From assembly GCA_030704615.1 (NCBI GenBank), contig CM060733.1, forward strand, positions 71,610,001 through 71,674,000: a stretch of 64,000 bases of DNA, read 5' to 3'. Under the pieces are notes generated by a model. It did not search any database, was not told the origin of the DNA, and was given only the letters and a program-made list of their open reading frames with translations. The translations under genes were made by a program, and so were the position numbers. The DNA comes from Takakia lepidozioides. Lineage: Eukaryota > Plantae > Bryophyta. Positions within the stretch are counted from its first letter, which is position 1; every line of letters begins with the position of its first letter. Of the stretch, positions 1 through 12,722 are shown piece by piece.

Positions 1-44
1 GTCCCGCATCTCAGTTCGACATCATCCTCTCGTTGATTGTGATC

Positions 45-1865
45 GGAAATGCGGCACCGCATTTCCGTCAACAGGGAAACCAAAATACTGGTGCAACGGA
101 AATGCGGTACCAAATCTCGGTCCACTATAAAAGAAGGCCCATGGTGGAACGGAAATGCGGTATCGCATTTAGGTCCAACGGGACTAGGAACACACGGTAG
201 AAAATAATAGCGACAGCGCATTGTCATTGACTATGACACTTTGGATAGGCAGGAACGGAAATGCGGTGCCGAATTTCCGTCCCGTCTATTTCAATGGAAT
301 CCAGTGGACGGAAATGAGGTTCCACATTTCCGTCCGGTGTGCTACTTTCGATTGCTATTGGACGGAAATACGGCGCCACATTTCTGTTTTGCATCTTAGT
401 CATGCACCAGTACGACGGAAATGCGGCACCGCATTTCCGTCCGGGGGGAACCTTTATACTCTCCAGAACGGAAATGCGGTGCCGCATTTCCGTCCAACAA
501 GTACGGTATCTCACAGTGGAACGGAAATGCGGTACCGCTTTTCCGTTCTGATTGAAAATCATGAACCACTAGAACTGAAATGCGGCACAGCATTTCCGTC
601 CGAGTCGTACCTTCCGACATTCCACAACGGAAATGAGGCGCCGCATTTCCGTTTTGTATCTCAGGCATGGAGCTGTGGGACGGAAATGCGGCACGACATT
701 TCCGTTCAACAACTAAGGTATGTGAAGGTGGAACGGAAATGCGGTACCGCATTTCCATTGTGATTGAAAATCATGAACCACTGGAACTGAAATGCAGCAC
801 AACATTTCCGTCCGAGTCGCACCTTCCGACATTCCACAACGGCAATTCGGCGCCGCATTTCCGTTTTGTATCTCAGGCATGGAGCTGTGGGAGGGAAATG
901 CGGCACCGCATTTCGGTCCGGGTGAGACCTTCATACTCTCCAGAACGTAAATGCGGCACGGCATTTCCGTTCAACAACTAAGGTATGTAAGGTGCGGTAC
1001 CCGCATTTCCGTTCTGATTGAAAATCATGAACCACTGGAATTGAAATGCGGCACCGCATTTCCATCCGAGTCGCACCTTCCGACATTCCAGAACGGAAAT
1101 GCGGCGCCGCATTTCCGTTTTCTATTTGTGGCATGGAGCTGTGGGTGGGAAATGCGGCACCGCATTTCTGTCCAGGGGAGACCTTCATACTCTCCAGAAC
1201 GGAAATGCAGTACCGCATTTCCGTTCTGACTGAAAATCGTGAACCACCGGAACTGAAATGCGGCACCGCGTTTCCGTCCGAGTCGCACCTTCCGACATTC
1301 CAGAACGGAGATGCGGCGCCGCATTTCCGTTTTGTATCTCAGGCATGGAGGTGTGGGACGGAAATGCAACACCGCATTTCCGTTCGGACTGAAAATCGTG
1401 AACCACCAGAACTGAAATGCGGCATTGCATTTCCATCCGGGGGAGACCTTCATACTCTCCAGAATGGCGGTACCGCATTTCCGTTCTGACTGAAAAACGT
1501 GAACCACCGGAACTGAAATCTGGCACCGCATTTCCTTCTCACATTCCAGAACGGAAATGCGGCGCCGCATTTCCGTTTTGTATCTCAGGCATGGAACTGT
1601 GGGATGGAAATGCGGTGCCGCATTTCCATCCGTGTGAGACCTTCGTACATCTCCAGACCGGAAATGCGGCACCGCATTTCCGTTCAACAACTAAGGTATG
1701 TGAAGGTGGAACGGAAATGCGGTGCCGCATTTTCGTCCAACAAGTACGATATGTGGTACTTAACGGAAATGCGGTGCCACATTTGCGTTTTCACTCTAAC
1801 TCATCAGACGCTGGGACGGAAATGCCATGATATGTGAACACGTGGACCAACGGAATTGCGGCACA
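45..1865. repeat. Array of about 34 copies of palindrome GGAAATGCGG-YR-CCGCATTTCC at 53-bp period with variable spacers
   Basis: Starts counted at 45, 98, 151, 257, 310, 364, 417, 470, 523, 576, 629, 682, 735, 788, 841, 894, 947 and so on. Early spacers are unique; later spacers recur in shuffled order. Confidence 0.95.
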
Positions 1866-2135
1866 TGTCTGCACTCTATCTGACTGAAGTGGCAGGAGGC
1901 GGCGCGGCCTGACAGTTGGTTAATGATGTTTGTTTTTGGGACGGCAGGTGTACCCTTGATGATTCGAATTTCGTAATGACGCATAGTCCACGAGGAGACA
2001 CTTTCGTCCAAGCCTTTCGAACCCAAGTGGTGCATCACCGCCGTTTCATCTTGTTTTGTCGTGTCTACTTAGTCACCCCTCTCGCGCCCTTTCCATCTGC
2101 ACTCTTCGCCCCTTTTCCCTATCTCTGTTCTTCTT

Positions 2136-5100
2136 ATGCTCGGACCTGAGAGGGAGGGAGTTCGTGCACCAGAGAAGAGACATCGTCGCAAGCTCCAAAA
2201 ATTGTACTTTGGACGTAGGCCAATGCCGAAGGGGAGGAAGCAGATGCATCTACAAGAGGAGATTGCCATCTCGCAGCAGCAGGCCATGCAGGCAACCCAG
2301 CCACCAGTGAGAGCTCTGAGCTATTGGGATGCGCGCAGCTGATCGAGCACCGAAACCCCCCTCATTTTTCTTCTGAAATTCTTAGACTGTATGCTAGGAG
2401 ACTTGAATGCAGAAGATGTTTGCATGCCTAACCGGAAAGGTGGACGTGCTGGAAGGATCGCATGAATCCAAAGAGCCGAAGGAAGAGTCCGTGGAGCTAG
2501 CTGCAGCACGCACACCCAGCCGATCCACGAGCACGGGTCTTCCTGCCGGGCCTAGCCCTGTGCGTTTCAAGGACGCGGCTTCGAAGGGCAAGTCTTTGCA
2601 ATTCAAAGCCCCAGAGAGCGACTCGCGTTTGAAGGTCATGGAGAATCGTCAGTAGGGGTTGAGCCCTTCTCCAGCAAAGACGAAGAAGAAGCAGTCCGTC
2701 CTTCAACTGGTTTCTGAACCAGACCAGGCCGTTTCCCCCCCACCCAAGCGAATGAAGCAGAAGGGTACAGGGCAGATTCAATTGCAACAGACACCTTCAC
2801 CTGCAAGAATGAGGAAGCACAAGGCAATCAGGGGGAGGGCGGAGTAGTCTCCCGCAAAACCGATTCCACGAGCTGAAGCCCAGTTCCTGCTTGATTTCCA
2901 ACCTGGTGATGTTGGGGGCGTCTCTACTGTAGCGAAGGCAATGGGATCGACCGATTTCGTTGATCTGGTACCGGAGGAGGGTGCTGCCGCTCAACGTTCG
3001 CAGCAAGACCTGACCACCGTTGAGGAAGATCTTCAGAATACTGCAGGCTTGGAGGAGGCCTCTCCAATGGCAGAATTGCCCGCAAAGATTCCCCAGAGTG
3101 CAGCTCCAGTTGGGGATGCTCTAGCTGCTCAGCCCCTACCGCCACCTGCAAAAATGTCTCCGGAGGAATTCCAAAGTGCAGCGGATACAATGTTGGAGGA
3201 GACACACAGTAGCATTTGCAGAGTTCTGGGCAGCAGGGTATTCCAGCGGACTCTTCGAATCCCACTCTGTCGCATGGTCTCCCTTCCCATCGTCAGGCAG
3301 GCACTTCCCGGAGATGTGGATAAGCTCAAGTTCGCATTTCGAGAAGGGTATCGTCTAGGTTCGCCAGCCTTCTACGTTTCCATTGAGAATGAGGACGGCG
3401 AATCTCGTGGACCCACTGCGGATGAATTGTCAACATTGGATACCCACTGGCACACTCGCAACGACGAATTCAAGGCAACGCTGAAGGGTGATCCAGACTT
3501 CGGCCATATGTCGGGTAAAATGTTCTTTGTGTGGGACGGGAATCACCGACTTCTTGCCTGGTGGGAGTACATCAAGCAGAACCATGCCAAGCACATTGGC
3601 TGGCATTACATGGTGGAGTGTGTCATCCTCAAGGTGAAGGCGGCAGACTCCTCCCTGCTCAAGAATGCCATGGTGGACCTCAACTCGTAAGATACTCATA
3701 CCCTCCCAAGCACGTTCAAAATGCGTTGCCGCATTTCGGTTTCCAATCTGTTTTGTTTCCGTGCTTCCGTGGACTGAACTGGAGAGTGTGCCTTGCAGGG
3801 TCACTGAAAATGTGTACGTGCATACCCACATGGCACATATGCTGTACAGGGTGAGGAAAATTGGTCTCACTGATCCGCACATGTTTGCAGAAATGCTGGA
3901 GCCCGAGCTCATTCAGAAAGCCGTGGCAAAAACTGACCGGACATGGTATCGTCTCACTATGGATGGAATGGTGGAGGTGATATACGAAGTAAGTCGTCCT
4001 CCCATTTCCCTCTGCTCATCCTTCCCCAATTTTCAGTAATTTTTCCACATGAATCGAATGTAACGCTTCTGCATGTTTTTGTTGGCAATCAAACATCAAG
4101 CTGGATTTGGCCCATGCCAAACGCTTCTTCATGGAAAGTGAGGGGCAAGTCAAAATGTTGCAGTCATTGACTGAGCACTTGAAGGAAGCTGGGGTCAAGT
4201 CCAGAACCAAATACAAGTCAAAGCTTGTGAAGCTGGTGGCCATTGCAGATCCGGCACTTGGAAAGGACTTCATCCCCGAGATTGCAAAACACTATTCTCG
4301 GGCCATGCAGCCGACCATGCAGTTGGAGAAACTGCATCACCTCTCAACGGCATGTGTTGAGGCAAAAGAGAAGGTGAGGTTTCAATGCACTGAAGTTCCT
4401 TCCCAGCAATAGCCACTCTTCTTCATGCTCCTGACATTGGATCGGAAATGGCAGACACGGTGGCTGTCGATCTGGAATGCATCGGAGAGTATAAGGACAA
4501 TGTGGTCTTTTCCACTCGAAGTTTCCGACCCTGCAGTGGATATGTGCAGGTGAAGCTCAGCTGCCCTTGTATGCGAAGCCTGGTTATGAGGTTTGTCTGG
4601 AAAATGCGGCACCGCATTCGCATTTTATGTTTTCGGTTGCACTCTGCGAGTACGTTGGTCTCAACTTTTGCTCACGCATGCTGACTGCCCTGCAGGTATA
4701 TGAAATACGTGCTTCTTCAGATAGGGGCCCTAGCTCAAGAGCCCCCGTTCTTCATGGCTTGGACCGTGGCGGGCCCAAGCTGTGTCTACACACCCGAGAT
4801 GCAGAAACAATGGCATGCCGCGCATCTCGTTGGATGCCCGTGGTACCTGGACATGTCTGGCGGAATTGTTGACGAGTCCGAGAAAGATCTGCACGCGAAA
4901 GCAGAAGAGAAGATAAAGGAAAGACGTGTCCCTGCTGGGCTAGAGTCGGCAAAGGAAGCTGCTGCTTTGGAACAATCCAGAAATGCAGCTGAGATGGCAC
5001 AGAAGACGGTGGATGCAGCTGTGCAGGCTCAACAGAAGGGGTCGAAGAAGAGGACTCGCCAGCAAGGAGCAGTAGTTGTGACACCAAAGAAAACGAAGAA

Positions 5101-7007
5101 GCAGAAACAGATAGAGCAGGAAGAGGGTGACGAAGAGGACTCCGATGGAGACTTTGCAACCAGCCCACCCCCCGAAACGCAGCCGAAATCCCCTGTGCCC
5201 ACCGTTGTCACGAGAGGGACGAGAACAGGCTCGGCAAAGAAAGCACTCTTCAACCCCCCGGGGGGGCACCCTTTTGAGCCGGTGGAAATGAAGAGGCCAA
5301 AAGTGGATCCCGATACAGTAGTCCAGTGTGTAAATGAGAGTTTCTTGGCGGCTTTGGATGGACGGGCAGCCAAGTGACCATGGAGGGTCTGAAGGGCAGA
5401 GCACTAAAGAAGGCGGCTGCCGAAGAGCCTTCCGACACCACTGGGTTTCTGAAGATGGTCTCGTTCTTTGAGAGGGTGTGTGCAGACAAAGATTGTAGGA
5501 GGGGCGGAAATGCCACCGAGTGGTCTTGCGATATGATCATCTTGGATATTCCGGACGGAGAGCCTGTGGAAGGACTGCAAGCTTTGCCATCTTGGAACAG
5601 GTACTGCGAGGACTTTTGGAAGAAAGGATTCGGGCTCGTCTGCATGGTGTTGGACGACAGAGGCTGTGTGGTTGTCCTGGCAAGCAGAGGCAAAAACACG
5701 CAGACAGGAATTGCAAAGTGGACCCGCAAGAGCGCCGTCCCAATTCTGAAGAAGAAGTGGACGTGCATCAACACATTGGGCCTTCGGTCGAAAAGGAAGA
5801 AGGTAATTACAACATTGGCACTTGTCCTTTCATTTTCTTAGGTGTTTTGAAATGCGGTGTCGCATTCGATTTCTAATCGTTCCCCACTGTGTATGCAGAC
5901 GAAGCAATTCGATGCATACTGCTTTGTGAAGGAGAACTCCACCTTTGCTTTCTGGAAGGAGAGATTGTTGGTTGACCCGAACTGCGACCCCATCGATTAC
6001 GACGTCCTATTCAACAACGTTCCCACGGAACTTCTCCCTCATAGCCTCACTTCAACGGAACCCCTGCGGTATTCACAGACTCGGAGCCCTGCCTTCATTT
6101 AGACAATTATGGAGACATGCACTGACGTGGAGGGCACAGTGCTCGACCTCATCTGTGGGACAAATATGCAGAATCTTGTTTTATGTTGTTCTGCAAATTC
6201 TCGTTATGCTTTAATTCGCAACATTTGAAGGGCCATGTTATAATGTGTGGATGGCATTGTAACAGGTGCCTCAATGTGGGCTGGGCGATTTTCCGACCAG
6301 CACCTCTTTGCCTACGAGGAGGACACATCCGTCTGGGGATCCCATCTGGAAGGGCTTCAACGGAATGTGAAGGCTCGCATCGAAGCCAAAGACTCCTCAG
6401 ATTCGTCAGAGTCGGAGGAAGAGACAGTGGACATTGATGCCGAGGAGAACCTGGAATACGAGTGAGTGCAAACATTGTAAGTTTGCAAAGCCTTCTGGGT
6501 GATTTTTTTGTCAAACGCATTTCCGGACTGTGGTTCTCATTGGTCTCGTTGGTGATTGTTATGTGCAGGATTCCAGGATCCGGGTCAAAACATGTAGGGC
6601 CTACACTTCCTGCCATGAAGAATGTCCCGTTCTTTGCGAGGGCCGACTTCATGACGAGCCCGGTGAAGGACTACTCCCTTCCTAGTTATGCAGCTAAACT
6701 CGCAAATACAGCGATTAGACGATGTGAGAATCCCAGTAAAGTAGAGCAGATTTTGGAGAGGGCTAGGGAGGATAGAAGGATAAGGAAAGAGTTGGCAGCA
6801 GCTGAGACAGGTAGACGGCTGCGAAAATTCATATGTGATTCAGCGGATGAGAGCGATGCAGACAGGGAGGACGACAACCCAACGGAGGTGAGATGGTCGG
6901 TTCCGCAAGGGGAAGATGGGATTTTCAAAAGCCTGGCCAACGAGCAGTCCGCTGGAGATGAGAAAGGCAATGACGGGGTGGAGGCGGAGCAAGACAGTCA
7001 AGGATAG
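2136..7007 (+). pseudogene. Spliced ParB/Srx-like domain plus beta-class N4/N6 DNA methyltransferase-like gene of element A
   Basis: N-terminus RRKLQKLYFGRRP is shared with B1. FFVWDGNHRL lies at about 3523-3552. Methyltransferase-like motifs in order: DMIILDIPDG (5530-5559) followed by VLDDRGCVVV; TRSPAFI*TIMETCTDVEGTVLDLICGT (about 6079-6162); GASMWAGRFSDQHLFAYEED (about 6265-6325). GT-AG introns are present. Disabled by stops or frameshifts at about 2653, 2845, 5375 and 6100. Confidence 0.7.
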
Positions 7008-7173
7008 GACGACGATACTGATGATTTTCAAGATTAATAGAATTTAAATGAACTCTCTGTACATTTAAATTCCCTTCCAGAGTATATAAAGGAAATTCTC
7101 CCCGTCCTTCATGTCCCCTCTCCCATGTGCTTCTCAACGACACCATCGTCCAAACCACGTCCCTCCCAAAATC

Positions 7174-8047
7174 GGAAATGTGGCACCGCATTTCCATGTA
7201 GGAACGGAAATGTGGCAACTGCAAAAACCTCGTTTGGAAATGCGGCACCGCATCTCCAAAACCGGGGAAAGAACAACTTTCCGTTCAATGGTTTGGACAT
7301 CAGAAACTGTTTGGCCGAACGGAAATGCGGTGCCGCATTTCCGTTTTCGACACGGCAGTTTTGCCGATTGCCAGCTCCTTCCATGGAGGTAAATGGAAAT
7401 GTCACCCCGCATGCGGAGGTCCAACACGTTATTTAAATGGCGGACATGGAAATGCGGTGCCGCATTTCCATTTTGGAGATGGACGTTTTTCCAACCGCAG
7501 ACGCATTTCCAGAACGGACATCGTTGTTTGTCCAATTCCAGACCCTTGGACGGAAATGCGGCACCGCATTACATTGTCCAATAAGAACTTTTGATTGCCA
7601 AACATGGAAACGCGGCGCCGCATTTCCAAAACAGACATCGTTGTTTGTCCAATTCCAGACCCGTGTGGGCATTCCGTCTTGTTGGACGGAAATGCGGCAC
7701 CGCATTCCATTGTCCAATACGAAATTTTGATGACGGACATGGAAATGTGGTGCCGCATTTCCAGAACGGACATCGTTGTTTGTCCAATTCCAGACCCTTG
7801 GACGGAAATGCGGCACCGCATTCCATTGTCCAATAAGAACTTTCGATTGCCAAACATGGAAATGCGGCGCCGCATTTCCAAGGCCCACATCGTTGTTTGT
7901 CCAATTCCAGACCCGTGTGGGTATTCCGTCTAGCTGGACGGAAATGCGGCACCGCATTCCATTGTGCTGGACGGAAATGCGGTGCCGCATTCCATTGTCC
8001 AGTACAAAATTTCGATGACGGACATGGAAATGCGGTGCCGCATTTCC
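7174..8047. repeat. Second array of the subfamily-A palindrome, within a 252-bp tandem duplication
   Basis: Starts at 7552/7606/7688 recur at 7804/7858/7940. Spacings are 53-54, 63, 82 and 33 bp. Confidence 0.9.
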
Positions 8048-8084
8048 AGAATGGACATGGACAAGCATTGGCGATTGGACATGC

Positions 8085-8756
8085 TTGGACAATTCAAGGT
8101 CCAATATGGGTACGTGGGACCCAGATGCTCCATTATTGGAGCCCGCACTGCTCTTCCGCTTCTCATCATTTCGAAAATCTAAGGGCTTCGTTGCTGTCCG
8201 CAAGGTCATTGTCATCGGCATCAAAGACGTCCTCAGGTCCTCATTTGCAAGGATGTCGTGCTTCCGGAACCGGGATGACTGCCCTTATGGAGGCTTCGAT
8301 TATGCAATGTATTCGGCCACATTGGGAGACATCGTTATCTGGTACAGAGTTTACATAGAAGATACTGGTTCAAATGTGGAAACATTGTCCGCTTTTGAGT
8401 ATATCCCAGGCCACCACGCCTTCGAGCGGGGTGACGATCTTGGTCTGAGGAGTCCGTGGCTCCTGCGCATCCTTGATTCCGATTTTCCCAACTACGACGA
8501 GCACCCATGTAGAAGAATGCGCACTGCTATGCTGTTGCGGTGGAACTGCTGCCAGTGGACGTGGGTGGACTCCATCGGAGAGACATATACTCCTGAAGGA
8601 GTGCGCTCCTCTTCTCCATTGTATGGGGACATTCGCATTGGTGTGGACGACAAAAATGTGAAGCTTTCCATATTCGATGGTGGTATGATTGAAGGGCACG
8701 ACATTGTGGTGAACATCAACAGGGGCGGTACAACGGCTGCAATCCAGTTTACCTAG
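8085..8756 (+). CDS. Hypothetical protein inside element A (start uncertain)
   Basis: 223-codon ORF of normal complexity between the right array and the TIR; no motif recognised. Confidence 0.35.
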   Translation: MDNSRSNMGTWDPDAPLLEPALLFRFSSFRKSKGFVAVRKVIVIGIKDVLRSSFARMSCFRNRDDCPYGGFDYAMYSATLGDIVIWYRVYIEDTGSNVETLSAFEYIPGHHAFERGDDLGLRSPWLLRILDSDFPNYDEHPCRRMRTAMLLRWNCCQWTWVDSIGETYTPEGVRSSSPLYGDIRIGVDDKNVKLSIFDGGMIEGHDIVVNINRGGTTAAIQFT

Positions 8757-9054
8757 AGGAGCCCGATGACTCATGAGCTAGTTTTCGGAGCAGTCGAAGT
8801 CCCATTGACAACGTGACTTGTATTCAGAAGGCACATGGCTAAAGATTTGTTTGCACAATCAGCACAGTAGACGTGCTTCAAATGCAATTCATGTGGATCA
8901 ATAAAAACCCCATTGTGCCCTCTTTTTGTTCTATTCTGTATCCATCGTTCCCAGAATGCATCATTCCTCATTTCGTTTGGGATTGGGAGTGTGGGTGGAT
9001 TTTGCAAGTGGCTGGTAGGCCCTATTCCCGCGGACACTCATTTCTGGAAAATAG

Positions 9055-9139
9055 TCCTGCTCATGTTTTTTTCGACACTTACAACTCTGCTCATGGCTCA
9101 TGCCGCTCATGGCTCATGGCTCATGAAATAGCAGCCTCC
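9055..9139 (-). repeat. Terminal inverted repeat of element A with GCTCAT subrepeats
   Basis: gctcatggctcatgccgctcatggctcatggctcatgaaatagcagcctcc is the reverse-complement homologue of the termini at 13514 and 51768. Confidence 0.8.
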
Positions 9140-9861
9140 CGAGCTCCTGGGGATGCGCAATGGCGGCATCTTGTCTCTTCTCACAGGCGGGAGAACCCGC
9201 TGTGATGACATCGTCCCTTTCCCTCCTCTGGCTTTTATGTTTTGCAACGGCGCTTTGGTGGGGAAGTATATCGCTCCCTATCCCTTCTTAGACCTAGCAT
9301 TTGCACGCTTCACTTCTCCTTAGTTGTGCTGGAGGTGGCGTGTTGGTGGGGATGGCGCAATGTTACCTCATATCTTTCTCTCAAGGTGCTTTTGGCGATT
9401 AGGGTTCCTTTTACTTCATATTGGGGTTCTTAGTTGACATCGATAACAAGTGTAGGGGTCTGTGATTCACCTGGGGTTCCACAATCCTCACTAACCCATT
9501 GGTTTTTGTGGGGGCTTGTGATGGGACCAGGTGAGGATCCCTACCTACTTTGAATTCTCTTGAGCTTACAGATAAGGATGTGTGCAAAAGAAACATACTG
9601 CTGCTGCCTGCAGCCCCGATTTCGGCCCGCTTGCTCCCGGTTTGACATGATGATGCTTGCTTTTGACTTATCTTTTGCTGCTGGACGGTTTTGCCTGTGG
9701 ATTTTTAGACTAGGTTTCCCTTTTTTTGGCCTTAAAAGAGGATTGATGGTGTAAGGGACAAGTCATAAGTGGCTGTTTGGCTCTAAGGATGAGGAGACCT
9801 GAGTTTTGTTAAAAAAGACAGCCTGATAAGGCAGTGACATGCCGTTTTCAGACCTGGATTT
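9140..9861 (+). repeat. Direct repeat copy 1 (about 720 bp)
   Basis: Highly similar to 12723-13513, from cgagctcctggggatgcgcaatgg to cagacctggattt. Confidence 0.9.
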
Positions 9862-11999
9862 GTTGTGGAATGGAGCATAATGAGGTTCTATTTGCAAAAC
9901 ATGGCATTAGCCTTCTGTGAAACAGTGACGGTAAGCTCTAAAGGACTTTGGCCAATGATTATTTACTTTATTTTGCCATATGAACAGCCACCTGCATTGT
10001 ATGATTTATCTTGGCCAAGTGGGCTTGGTCTTGGGCACTCAAAGTGTATGTGTGTCCAGATCTGGATGCTGTGACAGGGCAGGCCTTTCTTCCATGCCAA
10101 AATGCCTTACATGATGTATATCTTGGGGCAAGTGTACATGTGTAGAATGAAGTCGCAGTCAGTCTTGTCATGCCCAAAGTGATCACTTGGTTGCATGTTT
10201 GAAGTCTGATTTACTGCAGGCTGGGCCAACAAGAGTCCTATGTGCACAGGTCCTGAATATATACAATGACAGACTGTTCTTACATCCCAGAAGGCCTTGC
10301 ACGATGCATGCTTTGGGGTGCTTACATTTGGCCAAATGTGAAGTGGCAATATGGCTTACCATGCCCAAGAAGTGTACTTGGTGGCAGGCCAGAAGTGTAA
10401 TTAATTGCAGGCTGGTCCTTCCTGCTGCCGGTGTGAACACTCACTGAATGTGTTGTAGGGCAGACTGTTCTTACCTACCTTGCATAATGCTTGTCTTGGA
10501 TCACCTCAAGGTACTTGTGTATACATATCTTGGATCTGTAATGTGGCAAGAAGTTATTATATGCCCATGATATCTTGCATGGTGCATATCTTATGGATAA
10601 CTATGGATGATATAATCTGAGGCTGCAATCTGACTTATATTGTGCAAGAGGGTCACTTGGGTACATGACAGGAATCTGATTATGAACATACCCCGCCCTC
10701 CCACCCTGTTTTATCATGACTGAATGGGTGGCGTCACTTGGTGTGTTATGACAAGACTGGAAATGTTAGATGGTGCCCTGTCATGGGCTATTTATGTCTT
10801 TAATTGACAAATGACCCTAGTTGGTCTTGTCCATGTCTTGACATGACATGAATATCTTCCCTCTCTTCCTTTTCCAGTGTACTTGGTGGTTCTTGTACAC
10901 ACCATCTACCACTTTCCTTTCTGGTTATTTCTTCATCATGTTGATATACTAACATGGTTGTTTTTTGGCCTGACAGAAGGTCCCTCCATGACAAAGATAT
11001 GGAGCAATGACCTTCATAAGCTATGTCGTCCAACAAACACTTGTTGGTGAAATTAAGCACGGAGGACTTTTAAGATAAGCATAGTGCTTTTGAGTGTTGT
11101 CTTCATACTGATATATTGAGCTAGGCCCAGGTAAAACCACCTGCAGGAGTATGTGTACACCTTCTACATGATCCGGTCAATGCACACTACTCGTGTTAGA
11201 TGGTATCAGTAGCTGATGCCTTGTATTAGTTTTAGACACTCTTAGGCTCATATGCTTTCATACCTCTCTACAAGTGGCTTGGCTCTATGTAGCACCACTA
11301 TGTAAATATGCATATGTAATATGCTATGTGCTTATCATACCATTGGAAAAACTGGCCTTAAAACCAGGATGGTGTATAGATGGGCAGCAGATTGCTACCA
11401 TCCTACATTATACTTGTTCGGAGGGTTTCTCCCCGATCCGCAAACGGGTTTTCGGATCTTGGAAGGATGTCTGATTGGGTATGCTCTCTTCATTTACTTG
11501 TATGCACATTCATGAGTACTCTTCTGGATTTATGCAGACTGTTGTCCACATCCATAATAGTTAATTATCTACTCATGGCAATGTGGTACAATCATCGATA
11601 TATCATACCAAGGTTTAAAGAGGATTTGTCCTTGTTTGATTATCCATGCTTTCAGTTTGAGTGACATACAACTGCTATTCTTTGGAAAAATAATTCCACA
11701 TGGCCTTATACAGGTCCTCTTTTATTCATGTGGCTGATGATATGTATGGTATGGGGAGGAAGTAGGATTTCCAACCCCTTTTGGCAATCTTGTCCGGGGA
11801 TTGGAACTACTTTTGCAGTGGGAGAAACCTTATGAAGGGGTCTGGTATGCACTCCCTTACGGGGTGAGTGCATACCACACTCACTCCATAAGGGACTGCC
11901 ATACCAGCGGCTGGTTGGTGGGTGCCCCCCTCTCTCCCTCTGTCTCCCTCCTCGGAACTGGCCGGTTGCATCAGTGTTCTTTTCATGATCTTCCATCTA

Positions 12000-12625
12000 T
12001 ACCAGATGGACTCTAAAAGGTGTTTTCACCCGACTTGTAAAGGTTTTCTATCCATACCGGAAGAATCACCTGGGTGGACACTAAAGTACCTTTAAAAAGG
12101 ACCTATAATTTTTCATTCCTCTTTTATTGACTTTCATCTATATCAGATGAGTCACCAGAGAATGAGGAATTACCTCCATAGGGGTTATGACACTGGCATC
12201 CTATCTATAATTTTTCCATCCATGCCGGATGAAAAATACCAGGATTTGAATTCGTTTTATTCCCCCTTTATGCTTTTTTTCCGTACTGGATGAGGCTTTC
12301 TCTTAAGGGATGACGAATTACCTGTTAGGATGAAAAACCGCTGCCCTGGATGATGTATACTACTTTTTCATCCTGCTGATGGACCTCATCCAAATAAATG
12401 TACCTATTTATTTTTTCATCCGGACTGGATGAAAAAAACAGCTTATGATGGCCATGGAGATTTTTTTAATTACCCTTAATTATTGCTAATTAAGGAGTGA
12501 AACCCTAACTCCTACCCTATAATCTACTGTTTAAACCTAGCTAACGGATGACATCCGTCGGGTTTTTAAGAGAAAGGGTATTGATTATTCATCCCCCGGA
12601 TGAAAAATCAGGCTCTTCCCTAGGG
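12000..12625. mobile_element. Probable CACTA-type terminal region
   Basis: Many GGATGAAAAA / TTTTTCATCC subterminal-like motifs in both orientations. It ends in ctcttccctaggg, one mismatch from a TAGTG terminus. Confidence 0.4.
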
Positions 12626-12722
12626 TGTCTCTCCCGCTGTCAGGTGCATTCCTTGTGTTGCTGAGCTCGCGAGTTATGGCGTCTGAGCTCTGCTGCTACC
12701 CTGTCTGCTGCTTCATGCCGGA

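Larger units (their letters stand above)
1..9139. mobile_element. Mutator-like element, subfamily A (left end and probably the transposase lie outside the window)
   Basis: The right terminus reads GGAGGCTGCTATTTCATGAGC on the minus strand, matching the B1/B2 left termini GGAGGTTAGCTATTTCATGAGC. Its gene is homologous to the B1/B2 genes. The flank after 9139 continues in sequence that is uninterrupted at 12723. Confidence 0.75.

Noticed and set aside
221-1837. Many overlapping ORFs (TEMRHRISV, RKCGTAFP)
   Set aside because: They are translations of the stop-poor palindrome in all six frames.
45-1865. True CRISPR array
   Set aside because: Eukaryotic intron-containing context, no cas genes, spacers recur, and the same motif lies in introns and in a second array.
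2941-6330. Bacterial or phage contamination explaining the ParB and methyltransferase motifs
   Set aside because: The gene has GT-AG introns with positions shared between copies, and it is contiguous with plant genes and transposons.
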